Origin: an uncultured virus (IMG/VR IMGVR_UViG_2061766007_000075)
Lineage: Duplodnaviria > Heunggongvirae > Uroviricota > Caudoviricetes
Virus record (IMG/VR): IMGVR_UViG_2061766007_000075
Span: 45,783 to 65,782 of that record
DNA: 20,000 nt
Direction: 5' to 3' (one strand)
Shown: one piece after another, positions 1 through 7,865 of the stretch
How positions within the stretch are numbered: the stretch's first letter is position 1
Layout of the letters: every line of letters begins with the position of its first letter
Translations under genes and position numbers: made by a program
The notes under the pieces: model-generated
Databases searched by the model: none
What the model was told of the DNA's origin: nothing
The model's input: the letters and a program-made list of their open reading frames with translations, nothing else

Positions 1-279
1 TGGTACGATTGGGACAAGATACAGCAGATATGGGACATGTTCGACATGGAGCATGTTAGTTACTGCATTGAGGACTTGTACTATAATATCCATTATGCGG
101 ATAGATTGCCAATTCTTCTGAATGAGGACGGAGGCAACATGAAATTGGGGGTGTACTCGGAAGGGTACGATATGGACTTTCTGCAGTCCGCGATAGGGCA
201 CAAGATATGGATAACGAACTCCCCCGTCGGATGGAGCCCTATCCTTGAAGAGTTTTTAACAAAATATTATGGAATCTAA
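1..279 (+). CDS. Hypothetical phage protein, 5'-truncated (C-terminal part only)
   Basis: Frame 1 is open from base 1 (WYDWDKIQQIWDMFDMEH...) to TAA at 277-279, so the track's ATG at 37 is probably internal. It overlaps the start of the next gene. Confidence 0.7.
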   Translation, partial: WYDWDKIQQIWDMFDMEHVSYCIEDLYYNIHYADRLPILLNEDGGNMKLGVYSEGYDMDFLQSAIGHKIWITNSPVGWSPILEEFLTKYYGI

Positions 280-799
280 ATCGGAACAGTTCTTACATGG
301 TGCTTATGAAACCATCGTGCATGCGCCATGCGTGGTTGAGGTTGGCGGGCGCAAGTACAAAGTGCGCCAAGTGGCACAGAAGGTCAAGACCAAGATTCAA
401 CTGCTTGAACTTGAGGCGCAATATCTTGAGGCGAAAGGTAAAGAGGGGACGGACATAAAGGACGCGAAGCGGATAGCGAAGAAACTGTATTCGCTTCACT
501 CCAAGAAGGCGGCTTATTACCTTCTTGGGAATTGGGCGCTTTTTGCGCCATGGTTGTGGGCGCTGAAATGGCGTATTCTGCAACTGCGGGGAAACGAAGT
601 CACATTTAGAATTAACGCAGCGGGGGCGATAAGCGAAGACTTGGGTTTTTTCAAAGCCAACTTGCAACTCTCAAAGCAGGAACGCGAGCTTTGTATGAAG
701 CAGGTTGGCGAAGTCGCCAAGCAGCAGCAAGAGCGGCTGGAAAGCGTGATGAATATGTTGGAGAAGGACGCTTTGGGGATAAGGGAGGACGACAAGTAA
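269..799 (+). CDS. Putative tail assembly chaperone (lambda gpG-like, 0-frame product), 176 aa
   Basis: Lies just upstream of the tape measure gene, carries an in-frame XXXYYYZ slippery site (643-649) and is overlapped by an open -1 frame. This is the canonical G/GT layout. Confidence 0.75.
   Translation: MESKSEQFLHGAYETIVHAPCVVEVGGRKYKVRQVAQKVKTKIQLLELEAQYLEAKGKEGTDIKDAKRIAKKLYSLHSKKAAYYLLGNWALFAPWLWALKWRILQLRGNEVTFRINAAGAISEDLGFFKANLQLSKQERELCMKQVGEVAKQQQERLESVMNMLEKDALGIREDDK
643..709 (+). other. Programmed -1 ribosomal frameshift signal: slippery G GGT TTT (643-649; overlapping T TTT TTC 646-652) plus 3' stem-loop
   Basis: The heptamer is phased correctly to the 269 frame. After a 6-nt spacer, GCCAACTTGC (656-665) pairs with GCAGGTTGGC (700-709; 9 Watson-Crick pairs and 1 G-U), with an inner stem CAAAGC (672-677)/GCTTTG (688-693). 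Confidence 0.75.
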
Positions 800-1119
800 A
801 CTCGGCGTTCTCTTGCTCAGAGCATAACGAGCGGATTAAACATATATACGGCAACTACGGATTTTGGTCATGGTTCCGCTATTGGTACATCGATTCCGTG
901 AACTACGTGACGATGTTGTTGCTCGACAAGGGCTACTTTGACTACGACTTCGAGAAAGTCGAGAAAGAGGTGAGATGGGAAGACACGATCAAAAGTGACG
1001 AAGAGGTCTCAGATATGCTCGCAATGTTCGGCATGGGCCCGAAGGTACAAGCGGCGAGGAGACCCGAAACGGCAGAGGAAATTCAAGATTATCTTATAAA
1101 AAACATGAAGGAGGAATAG
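649..1119 (+). CDS. -1 frameshift extension of the tail assembly chaperone (gpGT-like; fusion about 283 aa)
   Basis: The -1 frame is open from 616 (after TAA 613-615) to TAG 1117-1119 and ends 3 nt before the TMP start. The earliest initiator in this frame is the weak TTG at 691. Confidence 0.7.
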   Translation, partial: FQSQLATLKAGTRALYEAGWRSRQAAARAAGKRDEYVGEGRFGDKGGRQVNSAFSCSEHNERIKHIYGNYGFWSWFRYWYIDSVNYVTMLLLDKGYFDYDFEKVEKEVRWEDTIKSDEEVSDMLAMFGMGPKVQAARRPETAEEIQDYLIKNMKEE

Positions 1120-1122
1120 GTT

Positions 1123-4100
1123 ATGGCAGAAGGTGTAAAAATACCAGTAGTAATCGATATTGAAGGGGCGTTTAATGCAGCTGCTAAGAGCGTTAAGACA
1201 GCAATGGACCCTTTACGCGATGCGATTGAATCCGCGCCGCTATCTCTTTTTATAGATGTCAAGATTCCGAATAAAGGGAAGAAAGTCCTTATCGAACTTT
1301 TCGACGACGCGAGGACTTCTACAGAGGAATTCCAAATAGCACTCAATCAAGTTATACAGAAGATTGACAAAATTGCGCTCAAGGGTGGGTTCAATTTAGG
1401 CAAGGGTCTTTCGGAAGATGAACGGAATCTCCTCGAAGCTGCTACTCTCCTTGAAAGGAAACTGACAGGCGTCGGCGATGAGGCGTCTGCTATGACTCGC
1501 GTCTTCTCCATTAACATGAAACGAGCCGAGGCCGACTTACAGAAGTATGCCTCGCAACTCGACAAATTAACGATCAAACAGAACCGTCTCAAGAAATTCG
1601 ATGCTAACGGCCTTGTTAGCACCAAGCAGTCGTCTCAGTATAAGAGGGTCTCGACAGAGATCGACGGCATGAACCTTAAGATTGCCCAAACAAGGCAATT
1701 CCTTGCCGCATGCAGCGTTGAACTTGATAAAATCACTCACGGAAGCAAGAATGCGGGAGTAGCCATGTCCGTGCTTCCGTCCGAGGCGGTAAAGATGGCT
1801 GAGGGCTTTCGCCAAGGCTCTGTTTACCTCGCGCAATGGAATGCTGCATTAGGTACGGCGAATAATAGAATGGGGATGCTCTTAAAGAGTGCCGCGTCGT
1901 TATTTGCACTCCACGCCGCTACAAGTTTTGTAAGGAATGTCAGAGAGGTTACGTCTGAATTTGAAATGCAGAGAGTCGCGCTCGGCGGTATTATTCAAGA
2001 TACCGAGATGGCGGGAAAGCTCTTCAAACGGATCAAGGCAGCGGCAATTCAGTCCCCGTTCGAAATTAAAGACCTAGTCTCCTTTACAAAGCAGCTTTCA
2101 GCTTATCGTATCGAAACTGAGAACTTGTTTGATGTCACGATGAGGTTGGCCGACATCTCTGCTGGTCTCGGCGTCGATATGTCTCGCCTTGTTCTTGCAT
2201 ACGGTCAGGTCCGCGCCGCGTCTGTTTTGCGTGGTCAAGAACTTCGTCAGTTCACCGAAGCGGGCATCCCTCTCGTTGAGTTGCTTGCAAAGAAATTTGA
2301 GAAGTTAGGTAGGGTTGGCACGACAACCGCCGATGTCTTTGAACTTATATCCAAACGAGCTGTCCCCTTTAGAATGATTGAGGAGATATTCAACGATATG
2401 ACATCTGCGGGAGGCATCTTCTACAAGATGCAAGAGAAACAGTCTGAGACGCTTAAGGGCCAGTGGATGAAGTTAAAAGACGCTCTTTCTATTATGTACG
2501 ATGAGATAGGTAACACGCGTGTCGTACATGGCGCCATGGAGACGCTTATGAAGGACGCGATGAAACTCATGCAGAATTGGAAAGAGGCATCAAAGTACAT
2601 AGGCATTGCCGTTACCGCCCTTACTGCATATAAAATTGCGCTTATTAACGCTAGGATCGCGGAGAATGCGCTGACTGCGGCACAAGTGTCTGAGATTTCT
2701 GCCCTTCAGCTTAATGTAGTGCAAAGAAATAGGGTGATTGCGTCTTTATTTGGAGAGACGGCAGCCACGAAGGTGCAAGTTGCGATGGGGAATCTGTATG
2801 TCGCCGTAAAAAGGCGCGAGCTAGCGGCGACTAATCTTTTTACCGCGTCTCTATACAGAATGACGGCGGCCTTACTTGCGAATCCGTATGCTATCGCCCT
2901 CGCGGGGATTGCGGCCCTTGTCGCTATTCTAATTAAGTTTACAATTAAAAGTAAAGAGGCCAAAATAACCGTTGATGCTTTCCAAAAGTCAATAGCGAGC
3001 TTTGACAAGGCAAAAACTCACGCCAACGATATAAGTAATCTTTGTGATGTCTATGATGAGTTAAGCAAGAAGGCGACAAGGACAAAAGACGAAGAAGAAA
3101 AATTAGCAAGGGTAACTAAGGATTTGGCAAAAGCATATCCGTCCGCAGTTTCTGGCGCTGAAAATCATACGCGAGCAATAACTCTTGATACAACCGCCAT
3201 TCGAGAAAGAAATGACGCAGTAAAAGAAGCAATTAAGCTGTCCTTGCTCCAAGATAAGGCGATGGCGGAGGCAGAAATATCCAACCTACAAGCAGAATAT
3301 AATCAAATCTCGGAGACATTAAAGCGCGGTACTGTTATTAAAGGCGCTTTTGGCGGCACTTGGGAGGAGGTGCTCACCGAAGAACAAAAGGCTCGTTTAG
3401 GTTCAAGACTAATTGAATTAGAGCAATTATTGGGAGATTTTAGGGAAGCGAGTAATGAAGCCGAGGAGTCTATTAAAGAATTTTCGGCAGAGCTTATTGG
3501 CCCCGAGGTCCCTAAATTTTTCGGAGACGCTTGGAGAATGCAAATTTCTCAATATACAGTCATGCTCGATGAGGCTGCGGGAAAGACACAAGTCTTTGGC
3601 GACGACCAAATCAAGCAGTTTAAAAGCGTTAAAGACGCATGTGACGAAGCCGCGAAAGGATATAAGGAGCAGGCCAAACTTGTTGAGTTTTATGCAAAAG
3701 CGTTAGAGAAGGCGACGGGCAAGCAGAAGGAACAATTACTCTCGCTAAAGACAAACGCGGAGGCGATGAAGAACATCTATGGGCAAGTTCTTACTGATTA
3801 CAACGCATGGAATCTTGTTGAAGAAAAGAAGCCTCGCGGCGGCGACAAGCGGTTATCGAACCTTAACAAGAGAATCAGCGAGATAAAGAACGCATATAAT
3901 AAATATAACGAACTTCTGAAATACGTCAGCAAGGAGAATGCCCTTCTTAATATTGACGAGATGTTCCCCACCCTTGAGGGTTGGCAACCGACTTATGAGA
4001 ATATGCTCGGTAAGTTAGAAAAAGAACTTAAAGATGTCGAGGAGAGCAGAAAGAAGAAACCATACGACCCCGTCCTTCTCGATATGGAGCGTGTCTTGCG

Positions 4101-6423
4101 TAAGGAGATTGCCCAAGTTAAGTTTGATAAGATTAAGAAGGATATTGAAGAACAACTTCAGAAACTTTCTAATGAGATTAAACGTAGTGAGGCGGCACAA
4201 AATTTCTATCGTAATATTCTTGGAACAACTGGTGATACGGAATTATCAAGAACACTGACGGTCGCTGTCTATGGCAATATTGGCGAAGATTTTGAGAAGC
4301 GCATCGAAAAGGAACTTGATAATGCTTTTGCGCGCATAGACCCGAGCGAGATGGACCAAACCGCTTATGAGGAATTAATTAAGGCGCGTGTAGATAAGAA
4401 CTTCGATGCTATTAGGGACAACATAGACAAGATACCCGAGAATGTTAGGTCTATGTATTTGAAGATTCTTGATGAGGTAGACAAGTATAACTCAAGCCTT
4501 CAGAAAAAGTTTGCTGACGCCATCGCCAAGTCTGGCAACGCCGCTCAAAGAATTGCCACCATTGAGGCGAAGGCAAATCAAGATATTCTAGACCTTCAGC
4601 AAGCGGCGGCGCAAGCCACAGCCAAGGCCAAGACACAGAAAGAAAAAGACGCGATTAACGCAGCTCTAGAGCAATCAATAGAAATGATAGAGGGCAAGAA
4701 GCGTCTTGACATTTTTAAGGCGAGCGAGGACTATATAAGATACTTTGCCGAGTTGAATGTCATGACTGCAGAAGAGGCGGCTAAAATACAAGGAGATTTT
4801 AAGCAACAACTTTACGACGCTTTCAGGACAGGCGCCATAGGTGCTGATGAACTTGTTCGCTCTCTGCGCGCGGTCGATAAACAGTTCAATAAGATAACAA
4901 AAATATCAACGGATTTCACAACATATCTTTCTGATGGCATTGACGGCATCATTAAGCGTTTCGAAGACTATGCCACGACGGTAGAATATATCGGCGCAAA
5001 GATTGGCAAAGGGGAATCCTTGACTGCGGGAGAGACGCAGTTCGCCGACAAGATGCTTAAGAGATTTGCAAGCACTTATGGCGACGACCAAATTAAGAAT
5101 GTAAAGAGCGTTTCCGAACTTTTAGAACAATTCCCTAAAAACAAGGAAGGGCTACAATCCGCTGGTATGGCCTTCTCTCAGATGGGGCAAGGTATGTCGG
5201 CTATGGCGGGCAAGGGTTCTGCCGCCCTCGCCATCGTCGATGCTATCTTCAAGGCGATTAACGGCGCTATTACGGGCATCCAAGAGTTTATCGACGAGCT
5301 GAACCGCACGCGTACCGAGGAGAACAAAGTCGCGGAGGGAATGAAGTACATCAGCGACATAAACAAATATGTTTATGAGGGATGGGAAAAAGTAAAGGCA
5401 GGAGATGTTATCGGCTCCTTGATGAACCTTGCTTCTGCAGTCGCTTCTGTTACAAGCAATATTCAAGAGGACAAAGTTAAGCGGTTCAACGACGAAATTA
5501 AGGACCAAGACCGCCTCTTGAAGCGTCTAACCTATTCTTACGAGCGCTTGACTCAGCAAGAGGAGAAACTCTTCGGCGCCGACTTTATCGAGTCGCAGAA
5601 TCAGAAACTCGCGGTGCTTCAAGCACAAAGGGAAGCATATCTTCGTCAAGCGGCGGCAGAAGCGGCGAAAGGCAAGAGCTCTGATAGCGACAAGGTTCAA
5701 GAGTACAAGGATTTGGCTCGCGACATCGCGGACCAAATCTCTGACATGTACGACGAGATACAGCAGAAGTTCCTCGGCACCGACCTTGCGTCGGCTTCGC
5801 GTGATTTCGCGTCTGCATGGATTGACGCATACGAGGAATTCAGTAGCACGACAGATGCCATCAATGACAAGTTCGAGGAGATGATTAAGAACATGGTCAT
5901 TGAGTCTATGGCGGCTAAGATTATTGAGCGGAACCTTTCTTCTGTCTTTGACCTTGTTGACAAACTCACCGAAGATGACGGTCAGCTTACAGTAACCGAC
6001 GCGGCGTTAGTCGCCTCCAAGATGAAGGGCTCCATCGAGGATATCAATGTCGGCATGACGAACCTCATGACTCAGCTCGATGCCGTCGGCATCAACTTCC
6101 GCTCAATGGGTTCGGGGCTCACTGGTATCGCGAAGGACTTTCAAGGTGCTAGCGAGGAGTCTATTCTTGGACTCTCCGCTGGGGTCAACACGCAAAACTT
6201 CTACATGTCGCTTATCCACGACGACGTACAGACAATTAAGTCGATTCTGTCGGGGACAACGACGGCTCCGAACATCAATGTTTCCGTGCTCCCCGAGACA
6301 GACCCGCTGCGAAACCATGTTTCAAACATCAATGTAAATCTCGCGGAATTGCTCCGTAAAGTAAACAGTGTAATTACTTCGGGAAGTTCGAGCACAAATA
6401 CAGCTTTTATTGCTGTGAAGTAA
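1123..6423 (+). CDS. Tape measure protein, 1766 aa
   Basis: Contains a recognisable tape-measure domain (SPFEIKDLVSFTKQLSAY...LADISAGLGVDMSRLVLAYGQVRAASVLRGQELRQFTEAGIP), long Ala/Lys/Glu-rich helical tracts and a hydrophobic segment (YAIALAGIAALVAILIKF). It follows the chaperone. Confidence 0.95.
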   Translation: MAEGVKIPVVIDIEGAFNAAAKSVKTAMDPLRDAIESAPLSLFIDVKIPNKGKKVLIELFDDARTSTEEFQIALNQVIQKIDKIALKGGFNLGKGLSEDERNLLEAATLLERKLTGVGDEASAMTRVFSINMKRAEADLQKYASQLDKLTIKQNRLKKFDANGLVSTKQSSQYKRVSTEIDGMNLKIAQTRQFLAACSVELDKITHGSKNAGVAMSVLPSEAVKMAEGFRQGSVYLAQWNAALGTANNRMGMLLKSAASLFALHAATSFVRNVREVTSEFEMQRVALGGIIQDTEMAGKLFKRIKAAAIQSPFEIKDLVSFTKQLSAYRIETENLFDVTMRLADISAGLGVDMSRLVLAYGQVRAASVLRGQELRQFTEAGIPLVELLAKKFEKLGRVGTTTADVFELISKRAVPFRMIEEIFNDMTSAGGIFYKMQEKQSETLKGQWMKLKDALSIMYDEIGNTRVVHGAMETLMKDAMKLMQNWKEASKYIGIAVTALTAYKIALINARIAENALTAAQVSEISALQLNVVQRNRVIASLFGETAATKVQVAMGNLYVAVKRRELAATNLFTASLYRMTAALLANPYAIALAGIAALVAILIKFTIKSKEAKITVDAFQKSIASFDKAKTHANDISNLCDVYDELSKKATRTKDEEEKLARVTKDLAKAYPSAVSGAENHTRAITLDTTAIRERNDAVKEAIKLSLLQDKAMAEAEISNLQAEYNQISETLKRGTVIKGAFGGTWEEVLTEEQKARLGSRLIELEQLLGDFREASNEAEESIKEFSAELIGPEVPKFFGDAWRMQISQYTVMLDEAAGKTQVFGDDQIKQFKSVKDACDEAAKGYKEQAKLVEFYAKALEKATGKQKEQLLSLKTNAEAMKNIYGQVLTDYNAWNLVEEKKPRGGDKRLSNLNKRISEIKNAYNKYNELLKYVSKENALLNIDEMFPTLEGWQPTYENMLGKLEKELKDVEESRKKKPYDPVLLDMERVLRKEIAQVKFDKIKKDIEEQLQKLSNEIKRSEAAQNFYRNILGTTGDTELSRTLTVAVYGNIGEDFEKRIEKELDNAFARIDPSEMDQTAYEELIKARVDKNFDAIRDNIDKIPENVRSMYLKILDEVDKYNSSLQKKFADAIAKSGNAAQRIATIEAKANQDILDLQQAAAQATAKAKTQKEKDAINAALEQSIEMIEGKKRLDIFKASEDYIRYFAELNVMTAEEAAKIQGDFKQQLYDAFRTGAIGADELVRSLRAVDKQFNKITKISTDFTTYLSDGIDGIIKRFEDYATTVEYIGAKIGKGESLTAGETQFADKMLKRFASTYGDDQIKNVKSVSELLEQFPKNKEGLQSAGMAFSQMGQGMSAMAGKGSAALAIVDAIFKAINGAITGIQEFIDELNRTRTEENKVAEGMKYISDINKYVYEGWEKVKAGDVIGSLMNLASAVASVTSNIQEDKVKRFNDEIKDQDRLLKRLTYSYERLTQQEEKLFGADFIESQNQKLAVLQAQREAYLRQAAAEAAKGKSSDSDKVQEYKDLARDIADQISDMYDEIQQKFLGTDLASASRDFASAWIDAYEEFSSTTDAINDKFEEMIKNMVIESMAAKIIERNLSSVFDLVDKLTEDDGQLTVTDAALVASKMKGSIEDINVGMTNLMTQLDAVGINFRSMGSGLTGIAKDFQGASEESILGLSAGVNTQNFYMSLIHDDVQTIKSILSGTTTAPNINVSVLPETDPLRNHVSNINVNLAELLRKVNSVITSGSSSTNTAFIAVK

Positions 6424-6435
6424 AATTATTTTTTG

Positions 6436-6443
6436 TACCTTTG
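6436..6443 (+). promoter_or_regulatory. Bacteroidetes sigma-A -7 element TACCTTTG (TAnnTTTG)
   Basis: Exact TAnnTTTG match in the short T-rich gap after the TMP stop, 4 nt before ATG 6448. No clean -33 TTTG at consensus spacing. Confidence 0.5.
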
Positions 6444-6447
6444 TGGT

Positions 6448-6936
6448 ATGATGGAATCAAATTGGAAAAAGATACTTCGGCGCGGGGCCTCCTTACACCA
6501 TATGTGCGAGGAGAACCGCTCCGCGCTTGAAGAATGTGGTTCCAAAAGTGACGCCATCGCTCTTTACAAAAAGACTATTGATTGGGCTCTCGAGGAGGGT
6601 TATCCTTCATTACAAGTATTGGAGTCGGAGTTCTCCGACTGCGAGGCTGACGGCGTCTTCGTTGGCAAACATTTTAACGGTGAATTGCTCGATGCGCAGC
6701 AAGTGTATGTCTTCCACCACTGCAGTGGGTGGATTCGTACTGGGCTGAACATTCAAGAGCAGAATATCCCGATGCTTTACTTTGCCAACGGATGCGATAT
6801 GAAGGTCTTGGGGAACGGCGTAGGCACCCCCTCATCTCCTTCTCGAGTCCCTCTCTATGTCTTCGGTGACAACAAGGTCAGAACGACCGCAGACGATAAC
6901 ATTGAATGGGTTACATACCCCTTTGAAGTAAAATAG
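6448..6936 (+). CDS. Hypothetical phage protein (about 162 aa) of a type seen next to TMP genes in Bacteroidales phages
   Basis: The ORF fills the gap between TMP and the next gene. ATG 6448/6451 is preferred over the track's TTG 6433, which overlaps the promoter motif. Family resemblance is from memory only. Confidence 0.75.
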   Translation: MMESNWKKILRRGASLHHMCEENRSALEECGSKSDAIALYKKTIDWALEEGYPSLQVLESEFSDCEADGVFVGKHFNGELLDAQQVYVFHHCSGWIRTGLNIQEQNIPMLYFANGCDMKVLGNGVGTPSSPSRVPLYVFGDNKVRTTADDNIEWVTYPFEVK

Positions 6937-6948
6937 GAGGGCATTATT

Positions 6949-7356
6949 ATGGCAGCAGCGGAAGGTACAGCAACATGGCTCATAGTTCTCGAGAACTGTG
7001 TATTGCCGATAGTGACATTAATTCTTGGATGGTTTGGCAATGTTTGGCGAAACAAACAGAAGAAGGAGCAAGACATCCTATCGAATGTGCAGCAGATTCT
7101 GAACATTCAGAAGGACTACATCGCCGAACAGCAGAGTACGCTTCAAGACGCGAAGAATGTCAACAAGCGCCTCGAAGCAAAATTAGACAAGAAAGACCGT
7201 GCCATCCGCAAGGCAAATGGATGCAAGTGGACTAACGACGGCGACGGATGTCCTGTCCTCGGTGAAGTTGACCGCTTGGAAGACCATTACGTAACTGACT
7301 GCGAACATTGCAAATATCACCAAGAAGAGAAACCCGAAAGCGAGGAAAAACAATGA
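6949..7356 (+). CDS. Putative holin-like membrane protein (one N-terminal TM, coiled coil, Cys-rich C-terminus), 135 aa
   Basis: TM segment CVLPIVTLILGWFG followed by basic RNKQKK, a heptad-like coiled coil, then C-x8-CP and CEHC motifs. The stop overlaps the next start (ATGA). Confidence 0.5.
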   Translation: MAAAEGTATWLIVLENCVLPIVTLILGWFGNVWRNKQKKEQDILSNVQQILNIQKDYIAEQQSTLQDAKNVNKRLEAKLDKKDRAIRKANGCKWTNDGDGCPVLGEVDRLEDHYVTDCEHCKYHQEEKPESEEKQ

Positions 7357-7865
7357 TAACGGTTAGAGTCAAAATAGGCGACGGTGCTATAACGGATACT
7401 GCCGACTTAGGGCTGATTTACCTCGATTCCGACAAGCGGGTCGGGTCAGACAATAAAGGATATGAATCGACTTCATATCCCGAGGAGGCGGGGGAGCATA
7501 TTCTTCCGAAGATAGCGGATGCTCCGTTCGACTACAAGGTTAAGTTTTTTGTTGACCCGAATTTCTTTTCGGGCAACCCTGTCACTCTTCAAAATGTCAA
7601 CAAAACCATAAATGCGTTCAATAAGTCTCTCTATACATTAGCGACGGGCAGTACGCTCAAGACCTACAAACAAGTCACCTTCTACAACGACTACAAGCGC
7701 CATAAGATAGTTGGCTATCCTTACGAAATATCTGAGGCGACAGACTTTTGGCGCGGTGTGTCGAGTTCGCGCAATGACATCGCCGTCGTCGAATGGACTA
7801 TAAGAGTGAACGATCCGAGCCTATGTGAATACGAAACGCCGTTTAGCGATGATTCCTCAAATTAG
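7353..7865 (+). CDS. Putative distal tail (Dit-like) protein, 170 aa
   Basis: Sits between TMP and the tail hub gene and is beta-rich (PFDYKVKFFV, VTFYNDYKRHKIVGY). ATG 7353 is coupled to the upstream TGA and is preferred over 7308. Confidence 0.6.
   Translation: MITVRVKIGDGAITDTADLGLIYLDSDKRVGSDNKGYESTSYPEEAGEHILPKIADAPFDYKVKFFVDPNFFSGNPVTLQNVNKTINAFNKSLYTLATGSTLKTYKQVTFYNDYKRHKIVGYPYEISEATDFWRGVSSSRNDIAVVEWTIRVNDPSLCEYETPFSDDSSN

Noticed and set aside
691..1119. Independent 142-aa gene starting at TTG 691
   Set aside because: The TTG lies inside the predicted hairpin and the frame is open from 616, across the slippery site. It is better explained as the -1 frameshift extension.
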